From positions 62,001 through 126,000 of the forward strand of contig OW569380.1 of NCBI GenBank assembly GCA_937625935.1: a stretch of DNA of 64,000 nucleotides, given 5' to 3'. This DNA comes from Tetramitus jugosus (taxonomy: Eukaryota > Protista > Heterolobosea). Shown here one piece after another: positions 7,233 to 16,890 of this stretch; the first letter of the stretch is position 1, and each line of letters starts with the position of its first letter. A program made the translations under genes and the position numbers. The notes under the pieces were generated by a model that was not told the DNA's origin, searched no databases, and saw only the letters and a program-made list of their open reading frames with translations.

Positions 7233-9524
7233 TTATAGTTCAGCCATACCGTACAATAGATATTCGCCGTAATCGGTTGCTGAGCCCCATGTAACTGGAT
7301 TGCCATTAGCGCCATTACGAAGCTCAAATGTCATCTGTGAGGCCGAGACAAATGCCTCAACTCTGAAGTTCCTGAGTGCCGCGTTATACAGTCGGGCTGA
7401 ACTCGCGAAATACGGCTCACTTGCAAATGCAGTACTAAAAGGCACATTAAGACGCCATGGGAAGGTACCATCTATCGCAACAGTTCCAAAACCTCCCTTA
7501 CTTTTCGTGACTGAGATCGTTCCATTGGTGATATTGATGTTGATGGCTTTCTTGACCACACTAGTGATTGCATTGAGTTGAGTCTGAATATTGGACGTAG
7601 CTCCAGATAAGTAGCTCATCTCAGTTGGAGTGGCTCCATTCATATTTCCGGCAGATGTAACGTTACCAGATGGAAAGACGACACCACTATAGTTGAACTG
7701 AACAATTTCGACTAGCTGATTACTATCTGAGTTAGTTATGGCCAATGAGAGCCGAGTAGCACTCGATGATGATCCATAAATGTGTTTCTTAAGCGTCCAG
7801 ACAGCTGCATTTCCATATGATTTACCAGCAATACCAGAACGGGACCAAATCTGAACAGGAGGATGAACCCCAGGATCAGTATTAGTTGCGGTTACATTTG
7901 GGAAGGTCACGTTGAATAATGAGGTGTCCTTCTTGTCTCCTGTCACCCACTGAGACACCGATGTCATATCTGTGAAGTTACCCACAACAAGGGGCCATTG
8001 TGAAACATCAGTTGGTGTCGCAGCAGTCAACCGATTAGTGGTCAACAACCCAGTCATAGTTCCGCCGGTCAGGTTGAGTTTATTATTGAGTTGTGTTTGA
8101 ACACCACTTGTGACTCCATTGAGATAACTGAGTTCAACATCTGTTGTGGTCGATGATTTAAGTGCCTTGTTTGCATCAAAGTAAGTGGCTCTACTGGCTG
8201 TTGCATTCATAATCGCTACATTAGCGTTACTATCCACATTGATTGCTGATGTCATGCTCAAATCTGATATGCCGACCTTAACATCCAAAGAGCCGGACAC
8301 AGGGTCCATCACGATCTGCGCATTCTGTGTTCCTGGTAAGTTTGAGATCCCGATACCCATCTGATTATTGGGCGCAAACAACCTGAACTTTCCAACTGGC
8401 ACACCTACATTAAGAACCCCATTTACATTCTGAGTTGAACTTAACGCAAGATCAGTCCTCAACCTATTATTAAGTTGAGTTTGAACGTTTGATGTTGAAC
8501 CAGACAAGTTACTCAACTCAACATCTGTAACTATTGAAGGCATGAGTTGAGATGACGCATCCGAGTAAACTGCTCTATTTGCAGTTAGGTTATTTATCAC
8601 CACAGTCCCGGCGTTCGTGATTCTCATTCTCTCTGTTAGGGAAGCAACACTATTACCTGTCCTAAACGCCACATCTCCGGCATTTACACCCAATCTCATA
8701 TCTGCGCACTTTGTGGCCCCATTGTTTTGAAAGGCAATACATGGGTTACTGTTTCTGTTTGTGATATCGATATTACCGGCATCAATCGCATGGGTTACAT
8801 ATCCATTTACTGTCTGTTGCGATGATGTTGTAAGATCTGTTCGTATCCTATTATTCAATTGAGTTTGAACATCAGTAGTTACATTGTTCAAGAACTGTTG
8901 CTTATCATATTGAGCTTGACTCAAATGATACATTTGGTCTAAACTTCCCCCTTGTAATCCTAAAGTATGGTTATGATCGATCTGAATGCTAAGTCTGACC
9001 CAACTTGTTCCATTGTATAACCAAATATAGTCTGTGTCTTGAGCGAATACAATCATTCCATCAGTTGGTATAGTAAATTGTTCAATTCCACTTGCATCGT
9101 ATTCAACAATTTGATTTGGATGATCAGCCCAAACAATATCAGGTGAACCAGACATAATAAGATATCTTGAACCAGGTGTAGTTCCATAGTCAGGACTCAA
9201 AGCGTAGGATAGTACAGGTATCTGCCAATTACCGAGAGAATTCCATTTGTCATCTGTATATTGATTGGCAAGAATCAAAGTATTTGCATCTTGAGTATCA
9301 ATGTATGTCTTGATGTCAGGTGGAACTGTTCCTCCAGGGATGGTCACAAATTGTGTTCCATCATAATAGTAGAGACCCTTCGTGTCTTTATTGTACAAAA
9401 TGTCACCTTCAATTGGTGCTCTAATGCTAGACATTCCATTACCTGTATAGACAGGCAACTTCATCTCACTTGAAACTTTAACAACGTTTGCGTTGATGCT
9501 TACTGTATTCGATGCTGATGCCAT
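7233..9524 (-). CDS. Virion fiber / receptor-binding protein with phage tail-fiber-like repeats
   Basis: Four (E)LSxLxG(V/A/S)TS(N/G)(V/I)QTQLN-type repeats; DUF2793-like segment (GSRYLI..W..H..QI..PTDG..YNGTSW); HNxxLGLQGG..YHL motif. Confidence 0.82.
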   Translation of the reverse strand: MASASNTVSINANVVKVSSEMKLPVYTGNGMSSIRAPIEGDILYNKDTKGLYYYDGTQFVTIPGGTVPPDIKTYIDTQDANTLILANQYTDDKWNSLGNWQIPVLSYALSPDYGTTPGSRYLIMSGSPDIVWADHPNQIVEYDASGIEQFTIPTDGMIVFAQDTDYIWLYNGTSWVRLSIQIDHNHTLGLQGGSLDQMYHLSQAQYDKQQFLNNVTTDVQTQLNNRIRTDLTTSSQQTVNGYVTHAIDAGNIDITNRNSNPCIAFQNNGATKCADMRLGVNAGDVAFRTGNSVASLTERMRITNAGTVVINNLTANRAVYSDASSQLMPSIVTDVELSNLSGSTSNVQTQLNNRLRTDLALSSTQNVNGVLNVGVPVGKFRLFAPNNQMGIGISNLPGTQNAQIVMDPVSGSLDVKVGISDLSMTSAINVDSNANVAIMNATASRATYFDANKALKSSTTTDVELSYLNGVTSGVQTQLNNKLNLTGGTMTGLLTTNRLTAATPTDVSQWPLVVGNFTDMTSVSQWVTGDKKDTSLFNVTFPNVTATNTDPGVHPPVQIWSRSGIAGKSYGNAAVWTLKKHIYGSSSSATRLSLAITNSDSNQLVEIVQFNYSGVVFPSGNVTSAGNMNGATPTEMSYLSGATSNIQTQLNAITSVVKKAININITNGTISVTKSKGGFGTVAIDGTFPWRLNVPFSTAFASEPYFASSARLYNAALRNFRVEAFVSASQMTFELRNGANGNPVTWGSATDYGEYLLYGMAEL

Positions 9525-9593
9525 TTACTAAAGGGGAGAAAATGTTTGACCCATAATAACCATGGAAGTTTATTGCTTGAAATAAAAAAGAGG

Positions 9594-9611
9594 CCAGTCC
9601 TTTTGGACTGG
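9594..9611. promoter_or_regulatory. GC-rich hairpin near the apparent viral right end
   Basis: ccagtcc-tttt-ggactgg; shares GGACTGGTAT with 1830-1839. Confidence 0.4.
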
Positions 9612-9710
9612 TATCTACAACAAAAACCGCTAAATTTCTTGACTATTTCTAGATAGCTGCGTTGTCACTAAATGACACCCGGTTCGAAAAGCAACAAACT
9701 TCCAACAATA

Positions 9711-10280
9711 CTATTCAAATACGTAACCCAATTTACGTACGAATTCATCTGTCAAACTCTTCATCAACTTTGCATCTGAATACAACTGTACATTTCCTCT
9801 CAATATCTCGACGCATTTCTTGAGTTTTTTCTCTTGAAGAAATCTATTGAACTTGTCAGCTGATGTCTTCTCTTGGCAAATTGTTCTCATGAATTGAGTG
9901 TATTCAATCAATTCACCAAGAATGAAACAAAACTTCTGTAAAAAAAATTCAGGATTATATCTCTTAGACATCCATTCATTAACAGCAGGTAACTGTTTGG
10001 AACTTTGATTTATCTTGTTAAACTCATGACAAAACTTGACTGACGAAGAAACAAACTCATGAGCATTCCACACATCAACTTCTCTCAAACCATTCATGAA
10101 CAAATTTGACAAACCATATTGTTGAGGAACATGGAACATTTTGTCAGGGAAGTCATTCTTGAGTGAATTGAAGTTGATTTCTAATTGGAGGATACCTGAT
10201 TTCATAGTGTTCATCATACTAGTATGATCTACAGTTCTTGCAGGAGTTGATGGTGTGTTACAAAGGGCAATTTCGGACAT
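9711..10280 (-). CDS. Hypothetical protein
   Basis: Open frame from MSEIAL; no recognised motif. Confidence 0.55.
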   Translation of the reverse strand: MSEIALCNTPSTPARTVDHTSMMNTMKSGILQLEINFNSLKNDFPDKMFHVPQQYGLSNLFMNGLREVDVWNAHEFVSSSVKFCHEFNKINQSSKQLPAVNEWMSKRYNPEFFLQKFCFILGELIEYTQFMRTICQEKTSADKFNRFLQEKKLKKCVEILRGNVQLYSDAKLMKSLTDEFVRKLGYVFE

Positions 10281-10568
10281 AATGAATATACAGTATTGGG
10301 GGTTATTATGGGTGTTTTCCAGAGTTTGGTTGCAAAACAACTTTCAAATTTATAGTGCACACCTTGGTCAACCAAGGTGTCGGTTAAATCGATGTCACTA
10401 TGACATGCATGATGAGTGTGACATCGATTTTATTAATGTGGATAGTTTGTCCCGAACCGGCAGAGCAGAAATGGAGGTAACTCGATATGGAATTTGCAAT
10501 CGGGCATCGAGCAACCCGATCGTAAAATGTGATTCGAGCAGATTGGAGGTCTACGACCCTATCGGTCC

Positions 10569-11432
10569 TCACGAACCGTTCGTGACACCAGTAACAAAAT
10601 CAATGATCATAATCCTACTCCCTACAAAACCAAAGTTAGTAAAGTTAGAGGCCACATCAGTCAGGTTACAAAATCTTGAGATTAAATCCAACTTGGAGAA
10701 CTCCACCATCATGTTTTCTGCACTTGGACAGCAGTTTTCTTTGGATTCACTGAGAGTTCGAATTTCTTCCAGATAAGATGCTATGCCTAGATTCTCAAAT
10801 GAGTATTCCCTTGTTCGGTGATAGGTGACAAACTTCGATTCTTGGTTGTTTTTGTCGTATCCAGCATCAAGTGTGGCGATGTAGAAATCCTTTGCTGAGT
10901 CGAAGAAGAAATGGACTTGAGGACCAATTTTCATGAGTTCCAAGAACTTGTACACGAACACTTCAGATCCTTGAACTGGTTTGGCTGAAATGAGTGATGT
11001 TTTCTCAGAGTTTACTGGTCCTCCACGATATGTTTTCACATAGTAAGTTAACCTCTCAGAAAGGTGTGTGATAGTCACTATTGTACCTAATTGAACTCCA
11101 TCTGGTTTGTCGTTTAATTCAATTTTAGAGTTTTGATACATGCGAGAGAAGAAATCTATGACATTCTTCTCTAGGGCTACCTTGGGCGCATTATCAATCT
11201 CTACAATACAAGAACTTAGGAGTTTATCAATTTCATAAGTGATTTGACCAGTGGAGGACCAACGACCAAAAATGTTCATCATCAACCTCTTCACTCGACC
11301 CATCTTTTCTTGGTTCATAGCTGTTTTCATTACTTCTAATGTGCCCAACAGTTTTGTTCTTTGAACATCATCGAGCTGAACAGCACATTTCTCTATATTA
11401 TCCAAGCTAACACTGACTTTTTTCCAATCCAT
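10569..11432 (-). CDS. Atypical kinase-like protein (PI3/4K/HipA-like fold), possibly C-terminally truncated
   Basis: YYVKT, EVFVYKFLE..IGP, D...N..NFG and IIDF motifs; stop 8 codons after IDF. Confidence 0.6.
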   Translation of the reverse strand: MDWKKVSVSLDNIEKCAVQLDDVQRTKLLGTLEVMKTAMNQEKMGRVKRLMMNIFGRWSSTGQITYEIDKLLSSCIVEIDNAPKVALEKNVIDFFSRMYQNSKIELNDKPDGVQLGTIVTITHLSERLTYYVKTYRGGPVNSEKTSLISAKPVQGSEVFVYKFLELMKIGPQVHFFFDSAKDFYIATLDAGYDKNNQESKFVTYHRTREYSFENLGIASYLEEIRTLSESKENCCPSAENMMVEFSKLDLISRFCNLTDVASNFTNFGFVGSRIMIIDFVTGVTNGS

Positions 11433-11531
11433 GAGTGCAAAACTTGAAGCACTACAGTGAGTGTGTCGTTCCTTGTGTCTTTTGTTCGGGTTTGTCGGTG
11501 TGTCGAACTAATATTGGACCAAATCATGCAT

Positions 11532-11597
11532 TTTTGCCTCGATCATCGTTACAAAGAAAATGACAATAAGGAATTTGGAACGATGATCGAGGCAAAA
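11532..11597. repeat. Perfect 19-bp inverted repeat between divergent genes
   Basis: ttttgcctcgatcatcgtt (11532-11550) / aacgatgatcgaggcaaaa (11579-11597). Confidence 0.75.
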
Positions 11598-11652
11598 GAA
11601 CCAGCTCAAAGACGTTGAGAGAAGCTCAAAAACGAACGAACGAATCAAAAAA

Positions 11653-14055
11653 ATGAAATCCACAAACACCAAGGTTCGCCTTGAGATTCCATCGATTGAA
11701 GCACTATATCGTGGTAACCTGACAGATTACTATAAGATTCTGTTGACCAGTTCCATCGCGTGTGACATTGTCTATGAGGAGGACCCTGTGAAAGCTCTGG
11801 AACAACTGTATCATCCATTTGCTCACAATATCAAGCAAATGATTGTCTCAGGTTGTTCAGATGACAAGAAACATCAGATCCCACTCGATGTAAAATACTT
11901 GATATGCAAGGATGATGACGCCAGGAGGATCTATGTGGCATTTAGAGGTACGCACTCCATGAGAGATGTGATTGATGATGCGAGCTTTATGATCGATGAT
12001 ACCAGAGGTCAATTTCATTCCGGTTTCTACAAGAGAGCTTACTCTATTCCTATTGAGTATTTCAAGCGTAGAGCTCAGGAAAAGTATCAGATTATCTTTA
12101 CGGGGCATAGCTTGGGCGGTGCAGTAGCTGCAATTGTAACTGCGAGGTTGTTGGCAGAGGAAAGTTTGTCTCCTGAGACTCTAGATCGATTCTTGTGTGT
12201 GACGTTTGCTTCTCCATTGATTGCAAACGACGAATTTGGTAGTTTTATCAACAAGAATCATCAGGACAAGTTTCATTTCTTTGTGTTGGAAGATGACCCC
12301 GTACCGGTACTGCTCTCCATTTTGAGTGACTTGATTCATGACGAGAATATGTTGAAAAGAAATGATTTCAAACTTGGATGGACAAAGTTGCTTGGATCAG
12401 TTGTGTCGGATTCTCTTTCATCCTTTTTCACTGGGGTGTTCTCTGCTTTGTCTCCCTTTATGAACAACCTACAACTGAGCATTCCCAAATACACCGGCTT
12501 CGGGCACTATATTCATATTCATGACACAGTATCAGGAAACAAAGAGTTGACTGCTATAATCGACAACAAAGGAAATGAAGTCAAGGTTCGCATATTCACA
12601 GAGAAGGCCCTCACAGAGATCTATGCCTATGGGCGAGAAAAGTTCACAGTATCAGCAGATGCACTAGCCGTGCTGCAGAAACATAGAATGATTAGGTACA
12701 TTGCAGAGTTACATAGCTTGTTTTCAATTTATTATACGGACTATAGGATACGTTTAGGGTTCTTTGAGCGACACAAGATTCTCGAGTTTCTTTGGAAGAA
12801 GAAAACAAATGAATGCAAGTACATAGCCTCTTCTGAATTGAGAATACCAGAAAACTTGGAGGAGATCAGCAGTCTAAGGATAGTCGTCAATGAGAAGGGT
12901 TGTCTCGTTTTTCTATCGTTCCTCTGCTCGAGTTCACCCTATATTTTGGCTGTCAAAATGAAGGTTGGATACCTCACATATGATGGAGCAGTAGATTCTA
13001 TTCAAGAATCCGGACATGTTCGATTTGTGTTCCATTGTCCCAATACTCTACTTCTAAAGAGCTTGTCTTACATATCCAAGAAGATTCATTTTGAAATCAT
13101 TGGGCACTTCAACAGTGTAAAAATTCAATTAACTCTGCCTAACAATCCTGAGGAGGGTCTATCCAGTCGAACTCTCAAGATTGCATCATTGCCAGTCGAG
13201 AGTTTGTACTTCTATGGCGTATGCTTTGTCACTCTCCTAAATGGAATATCAGAAGCCAGTAACAAGCCAGCGAATCTTGAGACATATCGAACAGAGTTGT
13301 TGCAGAGTTTCGATATTATTGACAAGGAAATCAGCAAAGTTATCACCGAGAAGTTGGAGGCCAAGGGAGAAGAATTGATGAATTCTTTGAAAGAGATGTC
13401 CCTCAAGGAGAACTGCAAGTACATTCCGCAAGCAATGGTCGAGTCTGTCAGCTTGCACCGTGTCGTTGTGGATTTGTTGCCCACGATACATCAGATCAAA
13501 GAGAGGCTGTCTGAGCGTTACATTCCCCAGGAAAAAGGCTTGAAGAATTTTTTTGTGATCACTGCAGCAGTGCTTGCTGGAGTAGTTGGGATTCTATACA
13601 TTCCTTTCGGTGCTCTAGGAGTACTGACAAGTTTATTCGCTGTGGGAGTAGCTGCAACAGGAGTATTCAAATCTGTCCAGAAGAGTTCACTTCGACGCCA
13701 ACAGAAACTCAATTACTTGTCGAATGTGACGAGATACATGGATTCCATGGACGTAACTCGTGATGGTTACTTGCCATATCTGTGGTATTATGAGCTAGCA
13801 TTGAGTGAGAAGTGTACTGATATTGGTTTGTGGGACAAGAGTGAATCTGAAGTTCTGTCCAATTGGGATAATTACTTCCTTCGTGGTCACCTTCGCAATA
13901 TTAGGCCAGAGGAGAGACTTAAGGCATTGAAGACACTGAGAGTCATATGTGAGAATTCCAAGATTCGATCCATCTTGCTCGAAGAAGTGAACATTCTGGG
14001 ATATGATTTGAACATTTTGATTGACATGATTACTTCAGTCATGTCATCACTTTAG
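11653..14055 (+). CDS. Class 3 lipase-domain protein with C-terminal hydrophobic segment
   Basis: VAFRGT, HSGFY, TGHSLGGAVA, TFASP, DPVP. Confidence 0.88.
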   Translation: MKSTNTKVRLEIPSIEALYRGNLTDYYKILLTSSIACDIVYEEDPVKALEQLYHPFAHNIKQMIVSGCSDDKKHQIPLDVKYLICKDDDARRIYVAFRGTHSMRDVIDDASFMIDDTRGQFHSGFYKRAYSIPIEYFKRRAQEKYQIIFTGHSLGGAVAAIVTARLLAEESLSPETLDRFLCVTFASPLIANDEFGSFINKNHQDKFHFFVLEDDPVPVLLSILSDLIHDENMLKRNDFKLGWTKLLGSVVSDSLSSFFTGVFSALSPFMNNLQLSIPKYTGFGHYIHIHDTVSGNKELTAIIDNKGNEVKVRIFTEKALTEIYAYGREKFTVSADALAVLQKHRMIRYIAELHSLFSIYYTDYRIRLGFFERHKILEFLWKKKTNECKYIASSELRIPENLEEISSLRIVVNEKGCLVFLSFLCSSSPYILAVKMKVGYLTYDGAVDSIQESGHVRFVFHCPNTLLLKSLSYISKKIHFEIIGHFNSVKIQLTLPNNPEEGLSSRTLKIASLPVESLYFYGVCFVTLLNGISEASNKPANLETYRTELLQSFDIIDKEISKVITEKLEAKGEELMNSLKEMSLKENCKYIPQAMVESVSLHRVVVDLLPTIHQIKERLSERYIPQEKGLKNFFVITAAVLAGVVGILYIPFGALGVLTSLFAVGVAATGVFKSVQKSSLRRQQKLNYLSNVTRYMDSMDVTRDGYLPYLWYYELALSEKCTDIGLWDKSESEVLSNWDNYFLRGHLRNIRPEERLKALKTLRVICENSKIRSILLEEVNILGYDLNILIDMITSVMSSL

Positions 14056-14121
14056 GTCTTCACAACGACAGAACAATTAATGAACGAACAGACTTTATAT
14101 GGTAAGTTATGAGAGAGGAAT

Positions 14122-14649
14122 TCAAATCGCATCCTCTCTTTCTTCTTCTCGTTCCTCTTCTTTCTCCTCTTCTTCTTGCTGTTCCTCTTGTTGTTGTTGC
14201 TGGTGCACCACAGTACTGGATCCAATGGTCACTTGACTCATGGCCACTTGGATCGTCTGGAACAATGATCTTAATCTTTCATTTTCCGCTGCCAATTGTT
14301 GATTCTCTCTTTCCAGAGCTTCAATCACCAACTGATCATCGTGTCTCACAATTGCAGACTCCAGTGCAATAGTATTATAGTACATTCGAGTGGCTTGTTC
14401 CTTTGCTTCACCTCTTCCATCTCCACCGACAGAAAACCATTCAATGTTGTAACGCTCATACAAGTGACGATAGCTCACCAGGAATTCGTTCATTCGAGTT
14501 CGATCGTCAGCTGCGCTCGAAACACTTCGAGTTTCTTCAGTAAACTGAAAGATATCACCTGAGCGGTACTCTTTTAGAAATTGTTTTTCATCAGAGTTGG
14601 ATGATCCAGTATTTCCCTTCTTGTTATCGTTCGAGGAAGATGATGACAT
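14122..14649 (-). CDS. Hypothetical coiled-coil protein
   Basis: 175 aa, host-type AAAAATG start, Q/E-rich tail. Confidence 0.6.
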   Translation of the reverse strand: MSSSSSNDNKKGNTGSSNSDEKQFLKEYRSGDIFQFTEETRSVSSAADDRTRMNEFLVSYRHLYERYNIEWFSVGGDGRGEAKEQATRMYYNTIALESAIVRHDDQLVIEALERENQQLAAENERLRSLFQTIQVAMSQVTIGSSTVVHQQQQQEEQQEEEEKEEEREEEREDAI

Positions 14650-14998
14650 TTTTGTTTTTCAAGTGGTTTTTAGTTGTTTGAAGTTGAGAAGAAAAATGTC
14701 AAACGTTGATCAAAAATCTGACAAGGAATTCCGCGACAGAGGTCCTTGCAAGGAAAAAATAAGCTATCTCACGAGAGTTTTATCAGGATAGAGATTGACC
14801 AATAGAGTGCCACCATGTCTGTTGTTTGGTTTGCAGTTCTCTGATAAACAATTTTGTAAAACCAAAATGAAGCAACTCGCTGCTGGAATTTGCACACAAC
14901 TGGTGTTGGCGAACTTTAACAAGCCACGAACCAAGAACAACAAAAAGAAACCAGAAAAAAGTAACATACACATACAGCACAAGAAGAATCCACCAACC

Positions 14999-16720
14999 AT
15001 GGAATACCACCCCATTCAACAACTCAACTGTACTGAACTCCACTCTGTTCATCACACCTCCATTCATTGTCACTCGTGTCATCACACTGTCATCTCTGAT
15101 CCCTCATGCATCCTACAAATTACTCCCATGTACATTCACTGTGCGTGGAGTTCCACTGACGCGAACTCTGCCTTTGCCGTAATCAGCGACAACAATACTA
15201 CTAATAATAGCGGCGCCGCCAATTCTCCTCTACAAATTTTCTGTCCGCAATGCAATCAAATTCTGGGCTATTGGGACCAATCCAAATCTCCTCCGCCAAA
15301 AAAGCAACAACAAAAAAAAGTTTTTACAAAAAACACCAACAACAAAGAAGAAGAACAAGATGAAGATAGCACGACTAAAAAATCATCGATTCGACTGTTT
15401 CGATGCAACAAAATGAGGCATTCATCAGTTGCATCACCTGATACTCCATTGATTGATTGGTCAGGTAGTCAAGAAGAACATAAGACCACTACGGGACCCA
15501 TCCATCATGGTGGTGGTGGAAAAAAAACGAGAAGTGGAAATAGTTTGGCCCGATTGAAACTCGCCATTCAATCCGTTGATTTTTCACAATTCTCCGAAGC
15601 GGACTTACAGGAAATGGAACGGTTCAAGAGAGAAGAGTTTGATACGTATTATTTGATGCGGTTCGACAGGGAAAAAAATGAAAATTTGGCCAATGAACAA
15701 CAATTTGAACAATTGTTGGACCAGTACGAAGATAAGGACGCACGAGCAAAGTGGCAATGGTTTCAAGAAAAGTTGAATTTGGAGTTTGCAGGTCATTCAA
15801 AATTGTACTGTAAGATGAGAGAAATTATTGTGAGTTATTTGTTGATGGATATTGAGGCACAACCAGAGTTTAAAGTGTTTCGTATAGCGACGGAATTGGA
15901 GCTGAGACAACGTGTTTGTCAACGATTGTTGTTGCCGTCTCTTGGTGAAGAAGATGCGGCACAATTTGCAGCATCGCCACTGTTTCGAATACCACTGGGG
16001 ACGCAGCACGAAAGTGTGTTGAATGATGACAATGTGGGACATGATTTGATCTATATTGATTTGGCAAAAGCAAATTTTAATTCTCTGCGCGTGTATTCTC
16101 CAGAGCTCGTCATGAATTGTGCCACGTGGAAAGAGTGGATTCAAAAGGAGACGGACAGTGTTCTCTTGCAAGAATCAGGCCAGATCAGACACAAGGTGTT
16201 TGGTAAGATCAATTTTCAATTGTGTAGAAAAAAGGATCAAATGATGAAATTGCAGAGAGAAGTGCTCAATGTCATTTACAACTACTTGACGACATTGAAT
16301 GCCGAAAATAGTCTGATTGATGAGACGCAGCACGAAACAGCATTCATTTGTAGTTGTGATGAGATTTTTATTCGAACAACGAGAGATCGATTGAGTCAGG
16401 TGTATCAATATGTCAGAGAAAGAATCTCCAGTTCTCCAACGATGCGAGACATGGTGCACCTTGGATCGTTTAGATTGCACAAGTTTTCGTATGATTCTCC
16501 ATCATCCAAGAATGCATCCTTTTACGTCAAGCAAATGATTCACCATAATGAAAAACAATTCATTCCTTTGGTGCAGAATGGATCTGCAGACGAAGAAATC
16601 ATTTCAGTTCCAGGGTCAATGCACGAGGCATTTGAAATCAAGGGTATTCTCAGAGAGACGAGAGAAGACGCATACAAGTACTTTGATCAAGCCATCCAGG
16701 AGATTAAAGACAAGAAGTAG
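14999..16720 (+). CDS. Protein with N-terminal CxxC..CxxC zinc ribbon and C-terminal polymerase-palm-like domain (start uncertain; alternative 15413)
   Basis: CHSC/CPQC pair; YIDLAKANF...RHKVFG...CDEIFI motifs. Confidence 0.6.
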   Translation: MEYHPIQQLNCTELHSVHHTSIHCHSCHHTVISDPSCILQITPMYIHCAWSSTDANSAFAVISDNNTTNNSGAANSPLQIFCPQCNQILGYWDQSKSPPPKKQQQKKVFTKNTNNKEEEQDEDSTTKKSSIRLFRCNKMRHSSVASPDTPLIDWSGSQEEHKTTTGPIHHGGGGKKTRSGNSLARLKLAIQSVDFSQFSEADLQEMERFKREEFDTYYLMRFDREKNENLANEQQFEQLLDQYEDKDARAKWQWFQEKLNLEFAGHSKLYCKMREIIVSYLLMDIEAQPEFKVFRIATELELRQRVCQRLLLPSLGEEDAAQFAASPLFRIPLGTQHESVLNDDNVGHDLIYIDLAKANFNSLRVYSPELVMNCATWKEWIQKETDSVLLQESGQIRHKVFGKINFQLCRKKDQMMKLQREVLNVIYNYLTTLNAENSLIDETQHETAFICSCDEIFIRTTRDRLSQVYQYVRERISSSPTMRDMVHLGSFRLHKFSYDSPSSKNASFYVKQMIHHNEKQFIPLVQNGSADEEIISVPGSMHEAFEIKGILRETREDAYKYFDQAIQEIKDKK

Positions 16721-16890
16721 GTCGTAAACCAAATAAATGTCCATTCCTGCTCACTCGTTTCCGACTTGCAAATGGAAGGAAGTTCAATTGTCCGACTATT
16801 TCCAACAAACACGAACACAAAGAATCAATCAGCAACAAAAAAAAACACACAACAAACATAAAACAGACGGAAGAAAAAAAAACAGAATCG

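Larger units (their letters stand above)
1..9615. mobile_element. Endogenous dsDNA virus (Polinton-like / small NCLDV-related), right part; left end outside window
   Basis: Compact intronless AT-rich gene cluster with A32 ATPase, penton-like protein and fiber; shared start motif and hairpins absent from flanking host DNA; right boundary approximate. Confidence 0.88.

Noticed and set aside
9655-9700. GGTTCGAA at 9681 as a tRNA attachment site for the provirus
   Set aside because: No T-stem, acceptor stem or A-box around it
10255-10776. 173-aa plus-strand ORF
   Set aside because: Largely antisense to two better-supported minus-strand genes; no motif
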